Assembly: GCA_950097015.1 (NCBI GenBank)
Contig: CATNEN010000005.1
Location: 4,526,001 to 4,590,000, forward strand
Reading direction: 5' to 3'
DNA: 64,000 nucleotides
Source: Macrostomum hystrix
Taxonomy: Eukaryota > Animalia > Platyhelminthes
Of the stretch, positions 34,607 through 53,952 are shown piece after piece (the stretch's first letter is position 1; each line of letters opens with the position of its first letter). The translations under genes were made by a program, and so were the position numbers. The notes under the pieces are model-generated. The model had not been told where the DNA came from. It did not search any database and saw only the letters and a list, made by a program, of their open reading frames with translations.

Positions 34607-36250
34607 ATTTCTAGGGTCCGTTGAAATTTCTTGTTCTTGTTATTATTAGGGCGATCATATTATTTTATAGCTTATAGCTTCGGACTGAGTTTTTGTGATA
34701 AGAGCTTTCTTGTTGTTACTTTTGAAATAATTATAATCAAACAATGTAGTTTATAGATTCTGCCTTGATAATTCCTAGCTTCTAAATTAGTAATTGAATT
34801 TCCTTACAAGCCTTAATTTCGCTATTAAAACTGTTAGGGTAAGAATTTCCGTAATTCTATTTTACTGTCGTAAATAAAACGAATGTAAATAGAACTAATT
34901 AATTTAAAAGTTAGGCGAATTTTTTTTCATTACTGTGGCATAAACTAATATCTTGTGATAACAATGAAATTAACATACCGCTAAGTCAAGGACCTTAAAA
35001 TATAAATATTCAGTTTGACATTACACTAAATCTTTACAGTACCCTCTGCCATCTCTATAAACAGTTTTTTACTAGCTTTGTTTCTTGACATATGCCAAAT
35101 AGGTTAGAACTGATTTTTATATCTTCATTATTATTATTATTTATTGGCATGTAAATACAACTACATGTTCCTTCTATCATCGCCATAATAGCTGGAGGTC
35201 CATGACCATTAACTTTGTTAATTTTGTAATTCAGGCAACAGTGGAAATATGTTTGTAAATCATTATATTGTAAAGTTTTAATACGAGTTCATAAATTTAT
35301 TTCTACATTTTTAGATTACTTTATGTTATGACATTTTTTCTTTTCTCGTAGATTTTCAATTCTGTTTTTTAAATCCGCGTTTCTATGTACCAATTGTGTC
35401 TCACTGTTTTATTTACCTCCAGTTTTTTTTCTAACTTTATAATTACTCAAGAAACCATATGAATAATTAATCCAGAAACAAATAATGTTAAAGGATTATA
35501 GATTAACAAATCTAAGAAAGACTAGCCGGTGCTTCGAGGTTTTCGAGTACAATAAACGTTTCTTTTATAAGTTAATATCTGATAAGAAATTTTTTGTTAT
35601 GCATTAGTTGCAGTAAATCACTCAGAAACTTGTGGTATTTTGTTTAGTGCTGGTTATTTGTGCATTGCTATGGAGAGGCATCGTGGAGAATGCACCGCCA
35701 CCCCTAATCGTCTACTGTTATGACTGTTCCGAATCAGTAATTCTTGATAATTATTTAAATTTAAATTTGGCTTTAAATATCTTTAAAATTAATGATATCA
35801 CACACAAAAACTTTCTTGATAAAAAAATTCTTAGTGTAAAATTTTTAAAGCACGTTTAGTTGGTTAGATTTAGGCTCATTTACTCGTAGATTATCGAACG
35901 CCTATTCATTTACTTGTTGTAGTCACATTGATTTCTTAACTAAAAGGATGCTACAGTCGACTTTCGTATAATTTTTTCGGCGGAAATTCGTTGAAAAAAT
36001 AGCATTCCGTAGATAAGTTTTTGAATTTTTGAAGTAATTGCGCATAAATGCGCATGAATTATGTCCCAGTCGATGTACGAGCGTATAAGAATAGTAAAGA
36101 AGGCTAGAATATGATAGTCAAATTGTAACGAACATATTTATACTGCGTTCTCGAATATTCCAATGTTCAATTGATACATTTAAAGGTATGTGACTATAAA
36201 TAAGTAGTCTGGTGAGTCAATGACCAAAAAAGGATAAGGTCCGTGGTAGT

Positions 36251-37068
36251 CACCAAGGATCACTAAAGAAAAAATCGGGCCTAAAAATTATAGGTATTAC
36301 TGTCGCAAGACTTTCTGGAAAACTGCAACCTCTAGCTCTAGCTGAGCATTTACATACAGTTGCTTGCACTCAGCCGCCCCCACATATTGTAAGGTTAACT
36401 CTATTATTGAAATACAAGTACCTAGCCGAAAACGGACGGGACACATTGTTTTTTGAAAAAATTGTTTAAAGGCAGATTTTCACAAAAAATGCACTAGCGA
36501 TATAGTAAGTTTTCACATTTTTCACGTTAAAATATATCGATAACTTTTTAACGGAAGAACATCTGAGGCTGTGCTTTAAGAATATATATTATAAACATTT
36601 GCTTGATCGAATTTTATAAATATTAATTCATATATAATTGATCTTCATTATATTCTTGTTTATTTATTTATAAGAAATCACAATAGCAACCGATCATACA
36701 TAAAATTAGCCTAATAGCTTGGGGCTACTGATTTATTAATGAAAAATTAAAAAAATGGGATTAGTCACGTGATAGCTATTGACAGGGAATTGTGCTTAAT
36801 GAGAAATAAGCGAAAATTAAATGAAGATCACTTTTTCATGAATGAAGCCTTCTAACATTCGTTCAAGCAAACTGTTTTGCAATATGTATTATAGAGCATT
36901 ATAGATCTGCTTCCAATAAATAATTATGTACATTTAAATGTGAGTACTAGAAAAGTTCCTACATCTCGCTAGAGCATTTTTCCGTAAAAAATCTGCCTTT
37001 AAAATTTTTTCACGAAGTAAAAAAGAAACGAAGTATCTTGTCCTTTTTCTTCTTAGTGGTCCTTGGTG
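36251..37068. mobile_element. Old foldback/MITE-like element with long interrupted inverted repeats
   Basis: CACCAAGGATCACTAA (36251) versus TTAGTGGTCCTTGGTG (ending 37068); TTTAAAGGCAGATTTT..AAAAAATGCACTAGCGATAT (about 36465) versus the reverse complement of about 36960-37002. Confidence 0.55.
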
Positions 37069-37712
37069 CCTAACTGCAATACTGCAATATAGAAGTCGTG
37101 CAAATATTTTATATTAGTTGGAACAAATTTAGTCGGTTAAATAGCGATCGCGAATCGCTTATGTGAGCAGCATCAATAGCACAGTTATTGCGATTTTCAC
37201 GAGCGCAAATACGGACGTACAAGTGAGAGTTCGGGTACTCTATATACACAATACGAATCGTTGTTAGCGTTTGTTATCCAGTGCAAAAAAGGTTTGTGTA
37301 TTTTTATTGCCTTTACTTTTTACTGTGACTTTGACTCAAGGACCACTAAGTCTACTCCTAGCGGTCCTTGCTTTTACTTGACTTTCTATTATTTGGTTTT
37401 ATTAAAAGTAATAAAATCTGGCCTAACGGGTTTACTGCGACGTTAAAGAGTTAAACGAATTCAAATTGTTGTTTTTCTTAACTAAAGGATTTTTATTCCT
37501 TAATTATAATTTTTACTCAGCAATAACTACAATTTTTACTGAAGCATACATATCTATCTTTATATTAAGGGTTATAATTTTTACAAAAAGCTATGCTCAT
37601 CATTTAACTTAAGAATCGTTGTGGTATTTATTTTGCTAACGCGTAGTATGTCATTTAGGGATATACGTAGACTGCGATTTAAGCGTGACTATATCTACTG
37701 TGACGGGACTCT

Positions 37713-38306
37713 ATGGCTGGAAGCATCGATGACGTTGACGACCTGCTTGATCAGATTGAAGGATCTTTACAAAATAAATCTAATTCTTCCAACAAAAGCA
37801 CTACGATTTCATTTGGTCAAATTGAAAAAACTGGCCCATCAAAAGCTAACGATGCCAGCGACCTACTAAAATCGCTCGATGAAATGGAAACGGAAGGGAA
37901 GAAGAACAAGCCGAGTAAATTAGCAAATGTTGCAACGACGTCGATTACTATCCAATCAACGGAAACTCCGACTTTAAAATGTAGGTTGATATTCCTAGCT
38001 GGGCCGAAGGAGATGCAGTATGGTCACTGCAGCCTTATTCAGGAAAAGTCTTGTGACAACATGCACTGTATGAAGTGCGACTTTCAAGTGCTACTTTTTC
38101 AAGGGCAGCAATGGATGCCCTCTGTGAACTACATGTTTTTTCGAAACTTCATGCCAGATAGGCAAAATCTCAGCAAGAAACTGACAAGGTCGGCTGATCA
38201 TACCGCTTATTGCTGCCAGTGCTCCTGGATAAGTGTATCAAGCAAGAAACAGCTTGGACAGACTGAGTCGTTTCAGTGGTGTTGCAATTCTCACAAAGCT
38301 GGATGA
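37713..38306 (+). CDS. CFAP418: Cilia- and flagella-associated protein 418 (C8orf37, retinal maintenance domain), single exon, 197 aa
   Basis: DDVDDLLDQIE N-terminus; KC..IFLAG...CDNMHCMKCDF.V..F....W..SVNYMFFRNFMPD...L..KL......AYCCQCSW. Confidence 0.92.
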   Translation: MAGSIDDVDDLLDQIEGSLQNKSNSSNKSTTISFGQIEKTGPSKANDASDLLKSLDEMETEGKKNKPSKLANVATTSITIQSTETPTLKCRLIFLAGPKEMQYGHCSLIQEKSCDNMHCMKCDFQVLLFQGQQWMPSVNYMFFRNFMPDRQNLSKKLTRSADHTAYCCQCSWISVSSKKQLGQTESFQWCCNSHKAG

Positions 38307-39629
38307 CTTTCTTAAGATTGCCCTCGTGGCCACTAGTGGATAGTTTTTTGATTGTGTCCTAATACTAAAAAACGCGTTCTGTATAATATGTGAAGATTTT
38401 GTTAAATAAAATAAGCTACTATTATCAGTGGAGTAATAATTTTTTCTCTTTTTAGCTTCAGTCTGCTTTTTAATTCATTCCTTCTGTCGAATATCTATAT
38501 ATGCAGTTGAGAAAAACTATTGCGTTGTTCAGTACTGAAAATCGGAATGAACTTCGATACATATTTTTCATAATAATCAAATTAAAGTTTCTTCGATGCA
38601 AGTAAATGTACATCTCAAATTAATTTTTTGCAGAACTAGGCCCCTACTTCAGTAGACAGACTTATTGTATATATTGTTTGGACAAAAAAAGAAAATACGT
38701 AAGTCGAAAAACAGCATATTGTGTTTATTTTATACACGTGTTTTTCCCTTTACACTCTGGTTGTAATGGTTTTTTGTCTTATTTTAACTGAAACAATTGA
38801 TATTTATTATTTAATCATTGCCTCTAGTTAAAAAAACCGACAGCACGCAATTATAAATTATGAGCATATTATTACTATTTTATATATGTTCTTAATGTGT
38901 TGACTGAACATTCGTTACTTTCAATACTTCTTTTCATGATTTTCATGTCTGTTAGAGCAAGCTATACGAGCGTACATCCAGGTCTGCTTTCATACTTGCA
39001 CAGCACAATGTTCTTGTTCTGTTTGCTTTGAATTTTTTTGTTGTTAGAAACTTTCTGAAGCATCTATATATGCATTAGAAAAAATATAAAGTCACAAGGA
39101 AATATATTTCAAGTCCAATCTAAAATAGCTCGTTGTTATTTCACTGATAACAAGCATAAATTATGCAATGTGTTCTCTTGGAAATTTTTGCTTTATTTTT
39201 ATCTGAGGCAGGCTATAAATGAAATTCGTTGCTAATTAATTCTCGATTAGGAGTTGTAGGAAGGATAAGTCAAGAAAAAAATCACCAGCAATGAACTGGA
39301 TAGATACTAACAGGATAAAGTGTTACATCTGTTAATCTTATTATATGGTCTTCGGGACTATAGTTTGATACTGATAGTTACCAGCTACATTAGTCCAGTT
39401 GTGAAGACATAAATAAGGCAGATTAAACCAGTCGACCATTTTCATATTCTCTTTGCATGGAACTCTCGAGTCAAAAGCAATGGCTTGAACTTTTTTTTAT
39501 CAAAGTTGACAACTGACTTCACAGCAAAGATCGGGAAACCGACCAGCGGGCCAGATACGATCGGCGAAGCTTCCAAAACCTTGGTCCTTGGACTCATGGC
39601 CTCTTTCAATTGCTGCACATGCACCCTGC

Positions 39630-40800
39630 CCCTGCCTCACCTCTCCCGTCTCAAATCTCCCCTGACTCATCACTCCCGTGTCACCTCTCCCCTGCCACAT
39701 CTCTCCCGTTTCTCACCTCTCCCCTATCTCGAATCTCCCCTGCCTCATCTCTCCCCTATCTCGAATCTCCCCTGCCTCATCTCTCCCGTGTCTCACCTCT
39801 CCCCTATCTCGAATCTCCCAAGCCTCATCTCTTCCGTGTCTCATCTCTCCCGTGTCTTATCTCTCCCCTGTCTCATCTCCCGTGTCTCATCTCTCCCCTG
39901 CCTCACCTCTCCCGTCTGAAATCTCCCCTGACTCATCTCTCCCGTGTCTCACCTCTCCCCTATCTCGAATCTCCCATGTCTCATCTCTTCCGTGTCTCAT
40001 CTCTCCCGCGTCTTATCTCTCCCGTGTCTCATCTCTCCCCTGCCTAATCTCTTCCGTGTCTCATCTATCCCGTCTTATCTCCTTTGTCTCATCTCTCCCG
40101 TGTCTCACCTCTCCCCTGACTCAAATCTCCCCTGACTCATCTCTCCCCTGACTCATCTCTCCCGAGTCTCATCTCCCGTCTCATCTCTCCCGTGTCTCAC
40201 CTCTCCCCTATCTCGAATCTCCCAAGCCTCATCTCTTCCGTGTCTCATCTCTCCCGTGTCTTATCTCTCCCCTGTCTCATCTCCCGTGTCTCATCTCTCC
40301 CCTGCCTCACCTCTCCCGTCTGAAATCTCCCCTGACTCATCTCTCCCGTGTCTCACCTCTCCCCTATCTCGAATCTCCCATGTCTCATCTCTTCCGTGTC
40401 TCATCTCTCCCGCGTCTTATCTCTCCCGTGTCTCATCTCTCCCCTGCCTAATCTCTTCCGTGTCTCATCTATCCCGTCTTATCTCCTTTGTCTCATCTCT
40501 CCCGTGTCTCACCTCTCCCCTGACTCAAATCTCCCCTGACTCATCTCTCCCCTGACTCATCTCTCCCGAGTCTCATCTCCCGTCTCATCTCTCCCGTGTC
40601 TCATCTCTCCCGAGTCTCATCTCCCGTCTCATCTCTCCCGTGTCTCATCTCTCCCGTGTCTCATCTCCCGTGTCTCATCTCTTCCGTGTCTCATCTCTCC
40701 CGTGTCTCATCTCCTCCGTGTCTCATCTCTCCCGTGTCTCATCTCCCGTGTCTCATCTCTCCCATGTCTCATCTCTCCGGTGTCTTATCTCTGCCGTGTC
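39630..40800. repeat. Minisatellite of the TCTCATCTCTCCCGTG family (about 18 bp) with a 404-bp higher-order duplication
   Basis: Visible array; identical 63-aa pseudo-ORFs at 39944 and 40348 show the 404-bp offset. Confidence 0.93.
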
Positions 40801-41459
40801 TCACCACACGAATTGCTTCCTTTGGGCTGAGATTCCAAGCCCCGAACTCTCGGTCAGAAGTCTGAAGCTCATAACACTAGGCACTAGGTTACAGGCTCAG
40901 TTAGCTTGGAAAGAAACAAATTAGTGCAAAATATTTAAATAAGTTACTTAACACGATAATTGGTAGAATAGTATCGTACTGCGCTAAACAACACGAGCTA
41001 GGAATTGTCTTGAAAGTACATTTTTATTGTAGCTACACTGTGTATTTTGTTTGTTATTTTAATTAGTATGCAAACGAAAATTGCACAGCAGTTTCAGGAT
41101 AGGGACAGAAGCTATATTTTTATTTAGGGCTTAACAGACACTTTAAATTGTAAAAAAATTCACGAAACAAATGCAAACAATAGGGCCAACACTGGTTTTA
41201 TATGGAGATATCAGAGTCATCATGGGTACTAAGGCTTCTGTTATAAAGATTCTGTCAATCAGATATTAACGGTAAGTTACTGGTACAACAGTCATTGTGA
41301 CGAATTTACTACTAGATTATAGAATATTAACGCACCTCTTTTTGGGTAGACGCTTGTTTAATATACATTAGTAAAGAAACTTTTCTAAAAAAAGCATAGA
41401 ATAAGAAATAAAGGACGAGAAAATGTGGGAAGAAAGGGCGACTAGAGGGTTAGAAAGAA

Positions 41460-41695
41460 CCGCGAAAGGGGTAGAAAGAATCTTGGTAGGGGATAGAAAG
41501 AATCTTGGTAGGGGATAGAAAGAATCTTGGTAAGGGATAGAAAGAATCTTGGTAAGGGATAGAAAGAATTGTGAGAGGGTTAGAAGGAATGGCGAGAGGG
41601 GTAGAAGGAATGGCGAGAAGGATAGAAAGAATGGCGAGAGGGTAGAAAGAATGGCGAGAGGGGTAGAAAGAACGGCAAGAGGAAAAGATAGAAGG
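41460..41695. repeat. Minisatellite, 22-bp unit TAGAAAGAATCTTGGTAGGGGA, just downstream of the PSMC3 stop
   Basis: Visible purine-rich tandem array. Confidence 0.85.
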
Positions 41696-41814
41696 GAGAT
41701 ACAAAAAAATAAAAAATGAGTCTTAAATTATACCGAAAAGAAACCTAAATAAGAGAACACAATTCGCCTGACATCACGCGAGTCCGCGGGTCCAACTTTA
41801 ATAACAAGCACACT

Positions 41815-48789
<6,975 letters not shown>

Positions 48790-50199
48790 CCTTTTAAATT
48801 TCTAAAAAAACTTGCGATTAAATATATTATAAAGCGATGAAGCACTGAATTATTAGACTAAAAGTAAGTCTAAATGTTTACACTAGTTGCAGTGTAGACT
48901 GCAGACCACAAATTGTCGATTAGTGAAATGACAGCTTTTAGCTAATAGAAATGTGTTCAAAAGCGAAGCAGTTAGAGCTAACAGATCAAAAATTAGTGCT
49001 TTAAGAAAGATTACACTTTATGATATTAATAATGTACTTTACTTTCGTTCTACAACTACGCTACAACAATATGTATAGTCACATAGTGACGTGATTGAGC
49101 AAAATAGATTTAAACAGTAAGAGTTCTTAGAAAAGAAGGATTTATTTACTTTAAATGATAAAGGAAACATTTTTGGTATTTATTGATAACCTTAAGACTT
49201 AATGACCTCATGCTTTGACAAAAGTACATTTGCGTCTTAGCAATTTGTTTATATACTTTAAAGAGCAGCTGTTTAAGCCTGCATTTTTCACGGAAACCCG
49301 GGCAACGGTTAAGTCAAGTCAAAAACAACAACTAGGGGCCTAATATCTATGGTTTCGTTCGTGGAGTTTCTAATAGTTTGCGATATTCTGACATTCGAAA
49401 AGTTAGAAAGTTTTAGCCTTCTTCCCTTGAAAATATATCAAACTAGAGGGTATAAAAGTCATTTAATTTTATGTTTGTATCGTAATAATACTGCTTACTT
49501 ATCTGATACATTACTAGACTATGACCGAAATAGCTAGGGAACAGACCAATGGTTTCTCTTTTTACTTGTTTGCAGTTTTATGCTCTTCTGTCAATTTATA
49601 GATCACTCCTGGCTATGCTATGCCTATGCCCATTCTTTATCATTATATATATTAGTATACTATAAAGGAAAAGTTTTAGTTTTTAATATACTTTAGTTAC
49701 CATAGTCCATAAGGTGGAAGGCCTTCTGTTTACAATTTGGATTTGCAGCAAATATTGTGTGTTGCATTGAGCATATATTTATGTAAATATAATATTTATA
49801 TATAGCTATATCTTTTTTAAAAATGTATAAAGATTGTATAAGAAGTAAAGTCTTTGCAAAACTTCTGATTTTGTTGTTAAGAGGTTTGGGTCTAAGACCC
49901 GCGGGTCAGCCCTGGGAGGGGCTCTTCCGCTGTAGGTACTGTATATTTATTGGATACGATTGACGTAAAATATTTTACACGATAAAAAAAAACGAATGGA
50001 AAATATTTTTTGGTATATTGAGTGCGCATGATTGGGATAAAAAATGGGTCCTCACAAAGATTAGGACATTAGGATAAAAGAGGAAATCTAAGACAAGCGC
50101 ATAGTACATATGAATTTGCAAAGCCTAGCCAACCCCCAAATTGGTTAGGGTATCGCATTTTCGCATTTGTAATTTAGCAGAAAGATTAGAGCTTAGTAA

Positions 50200-50525
50200 T
50201 TAGATTGATAGCTTTTGGCGCATCGCAAGGGGAGCAGCCTAGGTGAGTTATAGGTAGATTGAGATTGTAGTGCGTTTTTTTGCATTGGAGGGTTACAGAA
50301 AAATTGATGGAAAAAATTTATTTGAGAGTTTGTAGCTAGATTGGTAGTCCTGGCGCATCACACAAGGAGAGCAGCCTAGGGTTTACATTGGTAAATTGGT
50401 TTGACAGATTTACATTGGTAAATTGGTTTGACAGAAGAATTGATGGGAAAAAAAAGCTAGATTGATAGTCCTGGCGCATCACACATAAGGGGAGCAGCCT
50501 AGGGTTTACATTGGTGAATTGGTTT
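50200..50525. repeat. Three degenerate direct repeats (GATTGATAGTCCTGGCGCATCAC..GGAGCAGCCTAGG), spaced about 120-135 bp
   Basis: Copies near 50203, 50338 and 50459. Confidence 0.7.
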
Positions 50526-52560
50526 GGTTTGGTTTGTGTCCGCAAAAAACGACTCCGTATCGGAGGGCATAGGGCATTGCAAATTTTTAGTAAAATAATC
50601 TAATGATCATTGAATTCTTAAAGTGATGCGAATTGGACTGGCAGGGCCTTGCAATGCTGAGCCAATACTGTCCCGTGCCCATAAACTAGCCTGAACCCTA
50701 AAAAAATTGTACTTTACCTTTCCAGTTCCAGCCCATTGTTAGGTAAACTGTCAGACACCCACCACCCCGCCTAATTTCTATAGCCTACTCTTGCCAAAAA
50801 AATATGACCCCCCAGTGGTTCTAAGCCTATTCAATTTCTATCTAAATCACTTAGAGAACATCCTCCCCTGCCCTCTAAAGTGACAGTGACAACTGCCCTT
50901 TATACCAAATTATGCTTCAGCCAAATAATAAATCAACAAGCCCAAGCCCATACGCCCACCCCAATCTAGTTCAAGCTTGAAATCTTCGTAACTCAAACCT
51001 AGAAAACACTTCTCACCCCAATATCACCTACTTGCAGTAAGCTGGTAAGAAACTTGCCAAATGACCCAAAGGAATACCTGGATGGCTTAGTGTCTAGTGC
51101 CGGGACTTGTTATTTTTTCCACTTTTTTGCCAAACTAAAGAGCAAGCACAACATGAGATAAACTGCTGCATATGTTGGGTGCTGGAGATTGTTTTTTGGT
51201 TGCTGTTGCAGCAACAGCTGCCTCTTTTAGTTTGTCCTGCCTGGACCCCTGGGCGCTGGTGTAGCAGCAGCTATTCTCCTCTCCAGGATTTCCCAGAGGT
51301 GATGTAGAACAGGCATTCTGGACCCCGGTTTTATCCTAATCGGATCAGGGCGCCTGTCTAGGGTGCAAAACTTCTGATTTAGTGAGTTAGCTGGCTGGGC
51401 ATAACCACCCACCTCAACTAGACAAAGGCAGGGGGTATAGAATAAGTGCAAGTGCAACTGTAATACACCTCTGGTGCACACCACAACCACATAATTTATT
51501 TTCAGCTTAGGATAAAAACTAGCTATCAGGTAGTTTTCTATAAGGAAAATTAAAATTCTAAATGCAGATAGTAATAACTGTAATATTTATTTTAAAGAGT
51601 GATCTTTAAGTTAAAGCATTGCTACATCTTAGAAAACTTATCTTATTGTTTAAATATGTATAAGCTTAGTTGTGACATGCAAATAATATTTAATCTGTTG
51701 GCTATGTTGCCCTAAAGTGATTTAAAATGCACTGAACCTGGAAGCAGAAAATTAACTTGTTTTGTACAACATTTTAATAATACATAAAAAGTGTTCCTTT
51801 GTGATTTCTAAATACATATGGATATAAAATACCTAGACTATTTGAGGGAAAATAATAAAGGCAGAAATACTACCTAATCCTTGAGATCATTGTTAAAAGT
51901 TCTTTATAAAGCCTTTAAATATTTCTAGAAATGCCTACATGGTATAAATAATTTGCCACCATATATTATATGCAACCCAGACAATATTAAATAAATTGTA
52001 TAAAATTCTAATAAATTAAAAAGTAAATTTATTTTCTTTTATAAAAACCAAACCAAAAGTTTTAAATAAACTGATTAAAAATGAAGCTCACAAAAATAAT
52101 TTTATATAATATAATGTAATTAAAAAGTTATAGTTCTTTATCACCACAGAAATAACTTTTTGACATTTGTGAAAGAAGAAATTGTCATAAATCATAAAAT
52201 TGCCCTATAAAATATATATCAATTAACCATTTATAACTGACTAAACTTTGGCTTTTATGTTTCATATTTTTATAACTTGATATTGTCTAGCTGTACAACA
52301 ATAAATATTTGAAAATAATTTCTAGAACTAGTATTAAAATTTAGTTGAATCTTCAGTTCCATTATCTGTTATGCTCAGCATTTTGTTAACTTAGGAGATA
52401 ATATATAACTAGAGATTAGCTTTTTACTTTAAAATAGACATATAACAAGAATTTTATCATATTTAGGGAGATATGACAATAAACTTTCTTGTGTCTATAT
52501 TTTGCAGACAAACATTTCTTTAATCAAATCAATTACTTAACATCTTTCCAGTCCTTAAAA

Positions 52561-53952
52561 ATGAAATCAGCAATTTTGTTTCTTCCATTTCTGGCTATAT
52601 GCTACTCACAACTAGACATTGTGCTGGCCAGCTCTATTTGCAGAAGTTTCTCACTGACTGTGAAAAATAGTAATTGCAGTAACCTAAGCACAAATATGTC
52701 ATATTTTAGCCAGTTTTGTGCTGACAACAAAGGGACCTTGGATGAAAGATGCTGTACAAATGGTTCATCTCTTGTAGGGTAAGAAGACTATTTTTGGTTT
52801 TTTTATTTTCTATCCCATTGCTTTTTTAATATATTGTCGATTCTCCAAATAATCTGATTGGTCAATGAAGGGAACTGTCTGTTTGATTCTCCAAGTAATC
52901 TGATTGGTCAATGAAGGGAACTGTCTGTGATTCTCCAAATAATCTGATTGGTCAATGAAGGGAACTGTCTGTTTGATTCTCCAAGTAATCTGATTGGTCA
53001 ATGAAGGGAACTGTCTGTGATTCTCCAAATAATCTGATTGGTCAATGAAGGGAACTGTCTGTTTGATTCTCCAAGTAATCTGATTGGTCAATGAAGGGAA
53101 CTGTCTGTTTGATTGCCCAAATAATCTGATTGGTCAACAAAGCGAACTGTCTGTTTGATTGTCCAAATAATCTGATTGGTCAACAAAGCGAACTGTCTGT
53201 TTGATTCTCCAAATAATCTGATTGGTCAATGAAGAGAACTGTCTGTTTGATTCTCCAAAATTCTGATTGGTCAATGAAAGCAACTGTCTATGGCATTTAC
53301 TTAGTTATCTATTAATTATTATCTATCTGTCATCATTATACTAAATGCTATATTTAGAAAAGAAAAAATTATGTAATGTCATTTCAGACTAGACTTATCG
53401 TCATGTTCACTTTTGAGCTTCGAGAAAAATTCTATTACTGGTTTAAACTCCAGTCTAGCAGCCGATATTTTATTGTTAGCTCTGGGACCTGATAATCCGA
53501 AACTGGCATTACCAAAACCAGATGACTTTCTTGGTCAGATAAATTTGCAACAACTGCTTATGCCAATAAATGTTGGCTGTCCACTTGGTTGGTTAGTTAA
53601 ATCCAACTCATCTAATTACCAAACCAATCTCGGCACAATGGGTGATGTTATCCATATTGATGAAGATTTTGTAACGTGTCTGCCGCCGGCAAATCCTTGT
53701 TCAACTGGTCAGGCGTGCCCTATTAATAGCAGTTCGGAGTGTAAAGTTACCGGGCCGGGTTTATTTGCCTGTCCCTGCCTACCTGGCTACACGGGCTACA
53801 GGTGCATGCGCAGCGGGGGACAATTTCCCTACAGCAGTTCCGGTATTGGCTGGATTGGCAGCGTGTTAGCCGGCTGTCTCATCGCCTGGTTGCTAGAGAG
53901 GCGAAGCGTTGCTAAGGGTATCGTTGATCGGAGTCAGTCGGCGTCCAGTTGA
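52561..53952 (+). CDS. ATRAID: All-trans retinoic acid-induced differentiation factor (APR-3; signal peptide, LRR-like, EGF, TM). Exons 52561-52778 and 53388-53952
   Basis: Signal peptide MKSAILFLPFLAICYS; RCCTNGSSLVG|LDLSSCSL; QQLLMP.NV.CP.G; EGF-like CPINSSSECKVTGPGLFACPCLPGYTGYRCMR; TM segment followed by RRSVAK. Phase-2 GT-AG junction fits. Confidence 0.88.
52840..53285. repeat. Minisatellite, 44/46-bp unit (90-bp dimer) TTCTCCAAATAATCTGATTGGTCAATGAAGGGAACTGTCTGTTTGA, about 10 copies, in the ATRAID intron
   Basis: Visible tandem array. Confidence 0.95.

Noticed and set aside
40810-40900. Degenerate tRNA-like sequence on the minus strand
   Set aside because: The boxes are too decayed to call a tRNA or assign a SINE family.
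39485-40924. Cluster of SHLSRV/CLISP ORFs and an adjacent 60-aa non-repeat ORF (39442-39624)
   Set aside because: Mostly minisatellite translations; the non-repeat segment has no motif I can recognise and no supported splice context.
51107-51490. Short GC-richer ORFs between PSMC3 and ATRAID
   Set aside because: No recognisable motif or splice structure; probably a decayed repeat.
52840-53285. CRISPR-like regular repeats
   Set aside because: The units abut with no unique spacers, the context is a eukaryotic intron and there are no cas genes.
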